Positions 21,795-31,924 of a stretch of DNA of 64,000 nt are shown here, one piece after another. Within the stretch, counting starts at the first letter, position 1. Every line of letters starts with the position of its first letter. The DNA comes from Carpediemonas membranifera BICM (taxonomy: Eukaryota; Protista; Fornicata), in the NCBI GenBank assembly GCA_019828565.1, contig JAHDYR010000038.1, positions 822,735-886,734 on the forward strand, read 5' to 3'. The position numbers and the translations under genes are program-made. The notes beneath the pieces are model-generated. The model was not told the DNA's origin. It did no database searches and worked only from the letters and a program-made list of their open reading frames with translations.

Positions 21795-24008
21795 CTACGA
21801 TAGCACGAGCTTCGCCATCTGCTTGTTCTGGCTGAGCATCTGCAGTGCCCGCCGCTGCGCCTCGTGCTGCTTTTGTCGTCCAAGGAGCAGCACAGAGCTG
21901 GGCGTCGACAGTGACAGCATCGGCGTACCCCCGCCGGGCTGCAGCACCCTCGCGACATGCATGGACTCAAGCGGCTTCCGGGTCCGGCGTATGGCGTCAT
22001 CCATGGTCGTCTTGAACACCGACCTCCCCTTAATCTGCGCGGCGTACTGCTCGGACTCGGGTTTCGACCAGTAGGCGTGGTTGGCCGCCATGTGCTCGAA
22101 GACCTCGCCCAGCCCGTTGGGGGTGGGGGCAACCTGGCAGACGAGGCTGAACAGCGGGCGGGTGACGAAGTCGATGAAGCCCTGCTGGCTGTCCCGCAGC
22201 ACCAGGGCGTCCCTGTCGTTGTTCGGCCCGACTGGCTGGTTCAAGTGCCTCTCCGCGTCCCCCTGTACGAAGAACTCTGTCACAACTCGCTCAGTCCAGG
22301 CGAGGTAGACGGGGCGTGGGCGGGCGGGGTTCGAGACGTCGGCAGCCTTGATGATGAGATTCATGAGCAGCAGGCGGTCCTCGGCATCGGTGATGGGTGG
22401 CACGAAGGCCCCCGACGCGAGCTTCTCCTTGATGCAGCTGACCTCCTCGCCGTGTCGGGCCATGTCGGTCGCCAGGACAGTGCTGATGACCATCTCCCGG
22501 AACGCCATGCGGGTCGCCTTGTCCTCTATGAGGCGGTACTCTGGCTGGGCCATGATCTGGAACACACACGCGATAGAAAAGGCCTCTAGGTTCGAGCGGT
22601 CACTGTATCTGATAGATAGCGGGCTCTCGCAGTTGGATATGAAGGCGTTATTGACGCCGTAGTGTCCGTAATCGTGGATTGCCGCAGAGAATATCAGTGC
22701 GAACTTCTCCAAGTCTGTCAGCAACTCACCAAACTTCCCGCCGTTGTCAGAGAGCAGCCAATACACGCCCTGGACCACGTCCGTGGCATGGATGGCGCTG
22801 TGGTACTCGTTGTCGTAGTACCCCGCCTCCACCGCCACCAGCACCATCTCTAGCTTGGCCCGGTCGAGGTCGAGCAGGTTGACGAGGTCGAACGCGTCCA
22901 TGCAGTAGAGGGCCGCCCCCACAAGCTTGAACCTGGGGTGGGCCTGGGCGAGGGTGAAGGCGTTGAACCCCCACCGGCCGGCCGATCGGGACACGGTCAG
23001 CACGACGTCCCCGTATAGGTCTGACTCAAGTCCCGCCGCCCTGGGGGTCCGGCCCCTGAAGCTTCGGTCGGTCATCGCGACCATTGTGGCGCTGGTGGGC
23101 AGGTCATCCTGTCTGATGAAGGACGACCGCCGGCTGGCAGCGAACGTGTCTATGAATTTGAGTGTCTCGCGTGGAACCTTGTCCATTGCGGTCGGGAGCA
23201 CGAACACCTCGTGACCGCTGAGAGACCGGATCGCGCCCTTCAGCGCGTGTCGCGAATGGGGATCCGTGATGGCGTCGTGGATGCGTTGCAGGTTGATGAA
23301 CAGCGAGTCGCCCGTCGGCCTGGAGAACCGGGCAGCCCGCTCAACCCGCTGCAACGTCTCGGTCTCGAGCTCCGTGTAGCGGGCCGCCTTGATCGGGGAG
23401 TTGCACAGTAGATGGTTCGGGTAGATGAGAGACAGGGCGTCCAGGGCGTACAAGCAGTATATGACGCCGAGGAGGGCGATGAAAGGGACGGTGGTGGTCA
23501 CAGGGGAGCTCGGGTCCACGAGGACGACCGTGAAGAGCACAGCAGCCTCTACAGCCCCGACGGCGAGGGAGATGACGGGGTAGGGCGACCGCTGTATGTA
23601 CGCGGTGCCCGTGTGGGCCATGAATGCGAATATCAGGGGGGCGAGCTGCGGGTTGGTCGTCCATCGGTACGCCAGGGCTAGACAGAGGCCCACGGGCACT
23701 GTCGTCAAATGGTGCAGCAGGCTGAGGTGGAGGAGAGGCAGGAGCGTCGTCAGGACCTGCTGCGAGAGGAGCATGGCGGCCAGGACCAGTGCGACCAGCG
23801 GCATGGAGCAGCGCCACATAGTAGCAAACAGGCAGAGCAGGAGACATAAGAAGGTAAGTAATTGAACGCGGATGCTTGCAAGCCATGTACCTCCCCTGCG
23901 TGGGGCAATTTGGCGGAATTGCTCGTTCTGCTCAAAGAGGAAATCGGAAGAACTATGCTCACGCAAATACGGAGATTTCGGTGGCTTTAGCGGGGACCGT
24001 AATACCAT
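21795..24008 (-). CDS. Class I cyclic nucleotide phosphodiesterase with N-terminal TM segments
   Basis: YHSAIHATDV, HDYGHYGVNN, LATDM, KAADVSNP, EFFVQGD, QQGFI; hydrophobic N-terminus. Confidence 0.95.
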   Translation of the reverse strand: MVLRSPLKPPKSPYLREHSSSDFLFEQNEQFRQIAPRRGGTWLASIRVQLLTFLCLLLCLFATMWRCSMPLVALVLAAMLLSQQVLTTLLPLLHLSLLHHLTTVPVGLCLALAYRWTTNPQLAPLIFAFMAHTGTAYIQRSPYPVISLAVGAVEAAVLFTVVLVDPSSPVTTTVPFIALLGVIYCLYALDALSLIYPNHLLCNSPIKAARYTELETETLQRVERAARFSRPTGDSLFINLQRIHDAITDPHSRHALKGAIRSLSGHEVFVLPTAMDKVPRETLKFIDTFAASRRSSFIRQDDLPTSATMVAMTDRSFRGRTPRAAGLESDLYGDVVLTVSRSAGRWGFNAFTLAQAHPRFKLVGAALYCMDAFDLVNLLDLDRAKLEMVLVAVEAGYYDNEYHSAIHATDVVQGVYWLLSDNGGKFGELLTDLEKFALIFSAAIHDYGHYGVNNAFISNCESPLSIRYSDRSNLEAFSIACVFQIMAQPEYRLIEDKATRMAFREMVISTVLATDMARHGEEVSCIKEKLASGAFVPPITDAEDRLLLMNLIIKAADVSNPARPRPVYLAWTERVVTEFFVQGDAERHLNQPVGPNNDRDALVLRDSQQGFIDFVTRPLFSLVCQVAPTPNGLGEVFEHMAANHAYWSKPESEQYAAQIKGRSVFKTTMDDAIRRTRKPLESMHVARVLQPGGGTPMLSLSTPSSVLLLGRQKQHEAQRRALQMLSQNKQMAKLVLS

Positions 24009-24507
24009 GAGCTCTCCGATTGAGCGAGCTTGAGCGACAGAAGATCAACATGACAAAAACTGCGAAACAAAATTTTGAGGTCTCGATACAACAAGAGTCT
24101 GTTTAGCTGCTTGCACTGTGCACCCTATGATACTTCATTACCCCTTCCCGCTCTCCCTTCCTTCTTCTTGAGAGTGATACTTCGATAGTCGGTCGGGGTC
24201 ATCAATCAGTGCTTCTCCAGTCCTCTCGCCAAGCAACTAGCTTCCCACCTTTCGTCTACCCCATCTTACTTCCATCCGCTCTCTTCTGCTTGTCGGATTT
24301 CGGGGTCTTGATCATGACGTCTTTGCAATCATCACCATGGCCTTCCATCGCACAGCGGGCTCTTCTATGCCGCTGCCTGAAGATAAAACACTTCAGTTCT
24401 TCTAATTCTCGCCATTATCACTGCATAGTCTCGTTCATTAAACGTCTGTCGTCTTTGATGTGTGTTGTTAGTGATCGGTTCATTCACCGCAAAACGCAGA
24501 GCTTCAC

Positions 24508-25978
24508 ATGACCAGCATCTATACGGTCAAGTTCTCCATATCCTCCATTCTCCATAACCGTAGAAACGTGATTCCTTTCATCGCGGACTTCTACGCCGGA
24601 TTGGAGAACAAGCTCTGCTCGTTCACGAAGGCAAAGATCTCAACTCCGGGACGAGTCGACGAGGGCGTTCTACTCACGCTGCCCTGCGTCTGGCGGATCT
24701 CCGCGGCTCTGGGAGAGCTCACGGATATGGTTGCGGCATTCAACACCGCCCATCCACCTCTTCCGGGTGACAAGCCGCTGGCTGGCCCCAAGCTTGTTCC
24801 GCTTGTCCCGATGGCTCCGATCCGCCCCGGGTTCATGCACGTTCCCTGTTCTCTCAACGTGCTGAACCCGGCTTGGCTTGCCCAACTTGGGGTCGACCCG
24901 GAGCATCACGCCACTGAGCGCATGACGCGAGAGCAGCTGGAGGCTCTTCCTCCGAACATCCGTCGGGTGCTGTCTGTCAAGACAGATGGGGTCGCCGTGG
25001 ACCTCACGGTCCAAGTTGGTGCTCTGCCATACGTCAGCAGACGTGCCAGTGGCAACCCGACGATGAAGCGAAAGGCTCGGGAGCGTCTGGTGTGGATGAC
25101 GCGGATGCTCGCCCCGCGCCAGACCCCGATGCCCACCTCATGGGTTCGACCCGGGTGCTCGGGCTCTGGGTGGATTCTTCATCCGCCACCCAGATGGCAT
25201 CACCTCCGGTGTGGTCCCGAAGTGTGGGTACACCAAGACCCCCAGCTTCGCGTTCGATATGACTCCTGCGTCATTCAAAAGTACAAATCTAGATAGTCTA
25301 CAAAACTCGGTTAGGTTTGTGCTCCTCCACGAGCAGGAAATATTCGACGCTGGGATGGTCAAGAGCTTCCGCAGAGTGCGCCTGACGAACCACATCTTGC
25401 GTCAAAAGCACTTCCACAGAGCTGGGGAGCAGCTTGCTCGCACCCTAGGATGGACTCCTCGGCGACTCCCTCGCGGTATTGCTCCTCCCCGGGCAGCCCC
25501 CACCAGGCTGGTTGTCTTCTACGGAAGCGCTAGATTCAAGACGCCCCGTCGGGTGCATCCATGCGCGCCGCATGGTCGCTTTGCTACCTTACTAGCACAC
25601 ATCATGAGAGCTTTCAACATCACTGCTGAAGTGCGGATGACTAACGAGTTCCGAACCTCACTCGTCTGCCCCTTCTGCCGCGCGAGGTTCCGTAGAACTC
25701 GCTACACGAGGCGCACGATGCGATGCCACAACCCGAATTGTCAAGGTGCTCCATGGTACAGACAGCAACGCCTCAATTCCGATCCTACCACCACTTGGCT
25801 CAATCTCTCCCACAGAGACAAGACTGCTGCACAGAACATCTTGGATTGCGGCCTCATGACGGATGCACAGTATCAAGCCAGTGCTTTCAGAAATCCAGCC
25901 CGTCTTCCCAACTATAACCCCAATACACCAATTACGGCTAACCAGCCGCTAGTCTTCGCCTCCGGGCAAGCTAATTGA
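24508..25978 (+). CDS. Fanzor1, compact (~490 aa), with two 1-nt deletions in G runs (~25089, ~25144)
   Basis: IYTVK, KLVPLVPMAPIRPGF, KTDGVAV, GFDPG (after correction), NEFRTS, CPFC..CHNPNC, HRDKTAAQNIL. Confidence 0.85.
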
Positions 25979-26014
25979 AGTGGAGAGACGCACTGTGCAC
26001 TCTATGATACTTCA
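25930..26014 (+). ncRNA. Putative omegaRNA scaffold plus guide of Fanzor copy B
   Basis: Hairpin CGGCU-AACC-AGCCG (25935-25948) at the same position as in copy A, followed by the 25-nt repeat. Confidence 0.5.
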
Positions 26015-26058
26015 AATTTAATCGATAAATAGCTTAAATTATCTCACACAGAGGCCCT

Positions 26059-26673
26059 TCACTCAAGCTCGAGCTCGTCCAGCAGCTCTTCTAGGGGCCC
26101 TGGCGGGAACTCGACGCCCAGGGTCACCAGTTGCTCGACAACACGGCGGCACTGCGCATGAGTCCCCTCCAGTAGAGTCTCCAGCGGCTCCCGGATGAAG
26201 CCCTTGGTAATCTCGACAGGCTTGAACTGCGGGGGCAGTGTGTGGCCCGGCGGCCGCAGGTCCATCGTGACGGCCAGCCGCTTTTCGGCTCGGAGGCCAT
26301 GCAGGACCCGCGAGGGGGAGTTTGTGGGCACCTTGATCAGGTCCTCAACCAGGGCAGTGACGTTCTCCAGCTCCTGCGGACTCAGTTGGGCGAAGGTGGA
26401 CGGGACGACGGAGACGACAGAGTAGATGGTGTACAGCGCTCCTATGCGGTCCACAGTGGCGGCTTCCTCGGAAACAAGGATGGATACCGCGGTGTCGATG
26501 ATGGCGCAGGATGTAGCGATCCTGTGATGCTGAGGGGAGACGGTGACGGTGAAAAGGCGGCTGAAGAGGAGTTCACCCCACGAATTTCTGAATGCAGCAA
26601 ATGAAAGATCCTCTTTTGATGCGAATAGGCGCAGTAAAGCCCTCACATCCTGAACAATTGGCTGGGGAATCAT
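26059..26673 (-). CDS. SNAPc subunit 1 (SNAP43)-like protein
   Basis: DVRALLRLF...SFAAFRNSWGELLFSRLF and RIGALYTIYSV match the SNAPC1 N-terminal pattern. Confidence 0.65.
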   Translation of the reverse strand: MIPQPIVQDVRALLRLFASKEDLSFAAFRNSWGELLFSRLFTVTVSPQHHRIATSCAIIDTAVSILVSEEAATVDRIGALYTIYSVVSVVPSTFAQLSPQELENVTALVEDLIKVPTNSPSRVLHGLRAEKRLAVTMDLRPPGHTLPPQFKPVEITKGFIREPLETLLEGTHAQCRRVVEQLVTLGVEFPPGPLEELLDELELE

Positions 26674-26823
26674 ACCATCGTCAGGTCTCGACTCAGCCAC
26701 AGTTATGATCATCGCCAGTCACCAGAGCAGGGCGACCTGCGTCATCTGTCCAGCTGTACCATGCCGAAGACCCATACACTGGGCGGACGACTCGTGGAAA
26801 GTCATCAAAACAACACAATTGTA

Positions 26824-27384
26824 ATGCAGGCGCTTCTCGACAGGTTGAGTGTGAAACCCGACGCTGAGAAGGAGAAACAAAGCATTCAACACGTAATTGA
26901 CTATGTTGAGGCATACAAATCGTCTTCAGACGTTCGTTTCAAGCATATACTCCAAGAAACTGAACGAGACGGGCTCCCAACGTCCTCTGCTGGCGTTTAT
27001 TCGTTCCTGCGTGCTGTCAAGACCTTCAACTCCATCCTATCCACTCTCAAGGACAACAGGGCAGCATATGCCGACCTCATCCAGTCCTCAGCGACTGGCA
27101 CTGCTCTCGTCGCGCCCCCCGCCTTCATCCCTGCCATCCGGGAGCTGTTCACACTCCTATCCGAGGAGCTGGACGTCGACATGCCCACCGCCCTCGACTG
27201 GACGGCCGAGCGAGGCGTGTTAGCCCTGGACCAGCTGACCCTGGCCGCTGAGGGCAGGGTGGGGGTGGCCGAGACGGATACCCGCCGGGCGGTGGAGATG
27301 GGGCGGCTAGTGTGCCGGGTGTTTGACGGGACGATAGGCATCGGGGCGCTGAGGCCGTACGTCAAGAAGCTGGTGGAGCTGTGA
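26824..27384 (+). CDS. Hypothetical protein
   Basis: ORF with host-like codon usage; no recognised motif. Confidence 0.55.
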   Translation: MQALLDRLSVKPDAEKEKQSIQHVIDYVEAYKSSSDVRFKHILQETERDGLPTSSAGVYSFLRAVKTFNSILSTLKDNRAAYADLIQSSATGTALVAPPAFIPAIRELFTLLSEELDVDMPTALDWTAERGVLALDQLTLAAEGRVGVAETDTRRAVEMGRLVCRVFDGTIGIGALRPYVKKLVEL

Positions 27385-27482
27385 GCTGGAGGACCTGGTT
27401 TAGTTGGGACTGGTGCCATTTACGTATCTTGGGTCGAGTTAAAGGTTTCACGTAGCACCTTCATTGGAACGAAAACAGTGCA

Positions 27483-28058
27483 ATGCAGTTCAGCCCGCAG
27501 GAGGACGCCAGGAAGTATTACACTACTTATATGCTGAGTATCCCCGATGAAGCACAGCAGGCGACCAAATGTCGCCTTTGCTTCAACAACAACCGCATTT
27601 GTCTCGTCTCAGCACCGTTCGAGGAGAATGACCTCCCCGAGAATCTGGACGAGCTCACCATCACCAAGCTCGTCTCCGTGTCCGACGACATCTCGGGCAA
27701 GAGGAAACGTGGCGCCGTCCACGTGAAGCCCGGCGACGTCCTCCTCGAGGCGTCCGTGGGGGACAGGACCTTCACCCTCCGGTCCCCTATCCGTGCCGCC
27801 GTCATCGAGGTTGCCGCACCCCTGACGGCCAAGTTCACGGGGACCGCTGTCCACCCCGACCTGCTCCGCCAGACACTCCTCAGCGACCTGCACGTGATCC
27901 TGTTCCCCCAGCTGCAACAGGGGAAGCAGGTTGGTCGGGCCATGGCGGCGATGTTCGGGAAGATGGGCCCGATCAGCGAGCTGGTGGATGACTACACGCT
28001 GGGCCAGGTCATCCACAAGGGCATCGTCGTCGAGGGAAGCTACGGCACACCCGGCTGA
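27483..28058 (+). CDS. Abitram/FAM206A-like protein (GCV-H-like fold)
   Basis: NNNRICLVS, ISGKRKRGAVHV, TLRSPIRAAVIEV. Confidence 0.7.
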   Translation: MQFSPQEDARKYYTTYMLSIPDEAQQATKCRLCFNNNRICLVSAPFEENDLPENLDELTITKLVSVSDDISGKRKRGAVHVKPGDVLLEASVGDRTFTLRSPIRAAVIEVAAPLTAKFTGTAVHPDLLRQTLLSDLHVILFPQLQQGKQVGRAMAAMFGKMGPISELVDDYTLGQVIHKGIVVEGSYGTPG

Positions 28059-28275
28059 GGGGGCTAGTAGGCCGGGTCGAGGAGCTCTGTAAATGATGCC
28101 GGAAGCTGGATTTCACACTTGTGCTCTAGTTGGGTGTCGCGCTATTTTCGACTTAGTTGGCCAATCAGCATATCGGCGCACACGCCCCAGACACACCTCC
28201 ATCCCGTTCCCGTCGCCCCATGCTCTCGGGTGGAATCCAGATCGGGCGATCTGGCGGGTTTTGCAAGACACTTGT

Positions 28276-29061
28276 ATGGCTGATAACGAAGTTATTCCAG
28301 AAGTGAGCGTCCCTGAAGGCGCCCCTGAACATATTGAAACCGAAGAACCCGTTGTCACTGTCGATGTTGTTCGCGACGAGCTTCAGTCCGCAGAAGTCGG
28401 TGAAACGCCCGAAACTCCCGCCGAGGAGCAAGTATCAGGGGAAGGACTCCTTGATAATGTAGATAAGCCCGCCTCTGAACCAGCTTCCGAGACATCCACG
28501 AAGTCGCAGCCCGGGAAGGTCTCAGAGACGATCTCCGAGCTCCGCAGCCAGGTTGACATCGTCGCCAAGGCCTCCATGCAGCGCACGACCAAGGCGTTCA
28601 CATCCATCAACCGCCTGACGTCCCAGCTGATCTTCGACACCCGCCACATGGGCACGAAGTCGAACTCGCTCTCGTACCGCCACGAGATGGCCCTGGACTT
28701 CCGCCTCCCCCGGATCGACGCCATCCTCGGTGAGTGGACGTGCAGCCTGGTGCACGAGAACACGATCGGCGGGGTCTTCATCCTCACTAGCTCGCACGTC
28801 CTCTTCAAGGGCGTCGGCACCCAGTCGCACGTCAGGGTCACCGTCGCACTCGCGGATGTCCAGCAGCTGATGATGCAGGGCGAGAACGTCGTGGCCGCGT
28901 CTGAGGGCGGCAAGGGCTATATGTGGTGTGGGTTCGGCTCACTTAGCACCACGTATCACAAGGTCTACAGCCAGTGGATGCAGGTGCTGAACGAGAAGCG
29001 GGTGCTCGAGAAGCGCGAGGAGCAGAGGGCGGCAGAGGCAATGGGGGCCGAGCAGGAGTAG
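28276..29061 (+). CDS. GRAM/PH-like domain protein
   Basis: FRLP..AILGEWTCSL...GGVFILTSSHVLF after an acidic N-terminus. Confidence 0.65.
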   Translation: MADNEVIPEVSVPEGAPEHIETEEPVVTVDVVRDELQSAEVGETPETPAEEQVSGEGLLDNVDKPASEPASETSTKSQPGKVSETISELRSQVDIVAKASMQRTTKAFTSINRLTSQLIFDTRHMGTKSNSLSYRHEMALDFRLPRIDAILGEWTCSLVHENTIGGVFILTSSHVLFKGVGTQSHVRVTVALADVQQLMMQGENVVAASEGGKGYMWCGFGSLSTTYHKVYSQWMQVLNEKRVLEKREEQRAAEAMGAEQE

Positions 29062-29124
29062 TGTAAATCATGTAACCAGGCCGTTTACAGTCCAGGGCGG
29101 GTCTATTGTACAGCGGGTCGAAGC

Positions 29125-29976
29125 TCACATCATGGAGTACGGAGACGCACGATACGCATCCGACACTGAGCTGCGGCGGCTGGCAGTGCGGCTCATCTTC
29201 CGCCGGGGCTGGGCCGGCCGCCTCCCGACCGGGTTCTTCTTGGTCTTGTTCTTCTCCAGGTGCTGGTGAGTGTCGAGCTCGCGTTGCAGGTTGTTGAAGC
29301 GGCGAGTGAGGCGGTCGACGTCGCTCTGCCTCGTCTTCAGCAGCTCCTCCCGCCCTGCCCGGATCCGCTTCCTCAGCGCCGTCAGCTCCTGCGCCTGCTT
29401 CTGCCGGAACCCGGCCTCCTTGTTGAGGCATGTCTGCTCGTTCTCGGCCCGCAGCTTCTCGAGCTCCCACCGCTCGAGGGCGTCCGCCCTGACTTTGAGC
29501 TGATGCGCCTCGTGGTACTTCTTCTGATGTGCCAGGGTCTGCTCGATCTTGCGCATGTTGAGCAGTTGGCTCGAGAACTTGGGCTTCCGTATGGCGCTCG
29601 ACCCAAAGAGCTTGTTCCGCATCTCCTGGATCTCAACCTCGTGCCGCTCACGCATGGCGCGGTCTAACTCTGTTGCCTGAGTATCGTACTCTTCGAGCCG
29701 CTCGTTCCAAGCGTCCTGGAAGCGCTGGAGCTCAGCCTCGTACGACCCCTCCAGCTCCTCCCGCTCCCCACGGTGCCGACGCTTCAGTTCTATGCGACGG
29801 CGCTTCTCTTCCTGGGTTTTAAGTTCTTGGAGCCGCTTGCGGGCCATCTCAGCCTCTACGTAGTTCCCTTCACGCTCGCACTGCTGTTGGTGCTCGGTGA
29901 GGATGATGCAGAAGTCATGGATAGCATTCAGCTCCATCTCTTCATTTCCCGGTGCCATAGCCTCAGCAACGTCCAT
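29125..29976 (-). CDS. Coiled-coil protein (GNYVEAE...KPKFS..LLNMR..E...YHEA type)
   Basis: Highly charged helical ORF with repeated Y-x-E-A motifs. Confidence 0.7.
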   Translation of the reverse strand: MDVAEAMAPGNEEMELNAIHDFCIILTEHQQQCEREGNYVEAEMARKRLQELKTQEEKRRRIELKRRHRGEREELEGSYEAELQRFQDAWNERLEEYDTQATELDRAMRERHEVEIQEMRNKLFGSSAIRKPKFSSQLLNMRKIEQTLAHQKKYHEAHQLKVRADALERWELEKLRAENEQTCLNKEAGFRQKQAQELTALRKRIRAGREELLKTRQSDVDRLTRRFNNLQRELDTHQHLEKNKTKKNPVGRRPAQPRRKMSRTASRRSSVSDAYRASPYSMM

Positions 29977-30435
29977 TCTAGCACGTTTTCTGTCCGTTAG
30001 AAATTCTCACTGGTGCAGTTTATGCCATATGTCGACCACGGAGCATGGCAGACATATGAACGGTTGCGATGTAGCTCACGATGCGGTAGAAACCGTCGGT
30101 CATTTTTCGAAGGCCGTCTCTCCCTTCCCTGCCTCGCTGTAGCCGGTCTTCTGACTAAAAATTCTGACCAAATGCCCAGTATTTTATACTGAATACACGG
30201 GACCGATGCGACATCCATAGACAGCAGACACCCGTGCCGCTGATCCCGTGGCAGCCAATGGCCCAGCGGAGATCATCATCGTGCTGGTCAGGCCCTGGAA
30301 AAACTCAGGCCCTGTTGGAAAAACCTGTTGGTGCCATCCATTACCACGAGCCATGGGGCGGTGTCTGCATGCCGTAGTGCATCTGGGGCACGTGATTGGA
30401 GGTGCAGTTTTCGACAAAACGAACATCTCGATTGG

Positions 30436-31854
30436 ATGGAGACGCCGCCTGGAAGTAATCGAGGCGGGTCGCAGCCATTTCAATCACAAACGGAACAACA
30501 TACTCCGCAGGACAGGTTATTTTCAGCCCAAACGCTGAGACAGCGGAGAACGAGCGTTAGTTTGCTGGCATCGGGCCGTCGACAGTCTATGAGCGCATCG
30601 GCCACATCAAGTGCAAGCAGGAGGAATGAGATTCTCTCCATGCTTCGAAGCAACTCGAAAGCGCCGATCTCTGCGCCGACCTCCCCTGTGGTTCAGCGAG
30701 TCACCGTCAGCTCGACGCCAGACGACGGAAACGGCACAGTACCAGGGGAAATGAGAAGCACAATGCCCGAGCTACGGTCAGACACCCGCAAACCCGTCTC
30801 CGCCAAGCACACGCTGCTGACGATGACGGCCCCGCCCGTCCAGCCAATGAGAGCCGAGGTCAGCACGATCAGCCCGCCCTCGGCGTCCCGGGCCATGCAG
30901 CAGCCCCGGAAGGTGGTCCACTCGAACGCCACCCCGACGGCCCTGGACCTCGATGCCCGGCCGGCGACCCAGCGGGAGCCAGCCAGGGTCAGCATCGGCA
31001 CGGACCTACCCTCGACACCCAAGACGCACAGGCCAACCGCACGCCGCACGCCGTCCCGGGCCGCGGTGGTGGAGGAGCGGGTCGACTCGCCCCTGCTGAC
31101 TCCCGCCCGGGACCTCAAGACAGCGTTGGCGGGGCTGGAGGCGGACGGCTGGGAGGTTCAGAAGGACGCCCTGGTCACGGTGCAGCGGGCGGCCCAGCAC
31201 TCGATTGGCGTGCTGCTCGAGTTCCCCGAACTGCCCCGCCTATTCAAGCTCATCCTGGCCACGGTCGACTCTCTGCGGTCCGGTGTCGCCAAGGTCGCCC
31301 TCGAGACGCTCCGGGACATCTATGTCGCGTGCAGTGGAGGCCAGGGACGGTCGAGTCTCTTTGTTAGGGACAAGAACACCATTGTCTCCACCCTCAACGT
31401 CGCCCTCAAGCGGGCGTGCGTCTCCAACGCCTTCCTCACAGACCGGGCTCACGAGTGCCTGCTCGCAGTCGCATCGTCCGCCCGGCCCGATCTCGTCATC
31501 AGCGGGCTCCTCGCCGGGGTCCGCAACCGGAACGCGTCGTACCGCGCCCACGTGGCGGAGGCGCTCGGCCAGACGATTCCCCGGCTGCCGTCGGTGCCGG
31601 CGTCCTACCAGCTCGGGGACATCGTGAAGGGCGTCTACTCGCTCGTCACGGACCAGAGCTCGGCCACCAGGACCCACGGCAGGGCATGTCTCATGGTCCT
31701 CCACACGGAGCTCGGGGAAGCGCAGTTTAGGGAGACCTCTAAGAAATATTTGAATGAGTCGCAAAGCCACGACTTGATGAGGGCGGCGCGACTGGCGATG
31801 CAGACGGAAGCTGTGCCCGCCATGAAGGGCGGGTCATGGGCGGCCATCGGCTGA
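30436..31854 (+). CDS. TOG-domain microtubule-binding protein (CLASP/TOGARAM-like)
   Basis: Low-complexity N-terminus, then WEVQKDAL...VDSLRSGVAKVAL...SNAFL HEAT/TOG repeats. Confidence 0.8.
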   Translation: METPPGSNRGGSQPFQSQTEQHTPQDRLFSAQTLRQRRTSVSLLASGRRQSMSASATSSASRRNEILSMLRSNSKAPISAPTSPVVQRVTVSSTPDDGNGTVPGEMRSTMPELRSDTRKPVSAKHTLLTMTAPPVQPMRAEVSTISPPSASRAMQQPRKVVHSNATPTALDLDARPATQREPARVSIGTDLPSTPKTHRPTARRTPSRAAVVEERVDSPLLTPARDLKTALAGLEADGWEVQKDALVTVQRAAQHSIGVLLEFPELPRLFKLILATVDSLRSGVAKVALETLRDIYVACSGGQGRSSLFVRDKNTIVSTLNVALKRACVSNAFLTDRAHECLLAVASSARPDLVISGLLAGVRNRNASYRAHVAEALGQTIPRLPSVPASYQLGDIVKGVYSLVTDQSSATRTHGRACLMVLHTELGEAQFRETSKKYLNESQSHDLMRAARLAMQTEAVPAMKGGSWAAIG

Positions 31855-31924
31855 GCATGTGCTATATCGGATCACTCCAGCATTAAAGTGCCGAGAAGTT
31901 TACTAGCTTGGGTCGAGTCAGATC

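Larger units (their letters stand above)
24113..26014 (+). mobile_element. Fanzor1 element copy B (no transposase), bounded by 25-bp direct repeats
   Basis: GCACTGTGCAC[C/T]CTATGATACTTCA at 24113-24137 and 25990-26014 flanks the Fanzor ORF. Confidence 0.72.
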
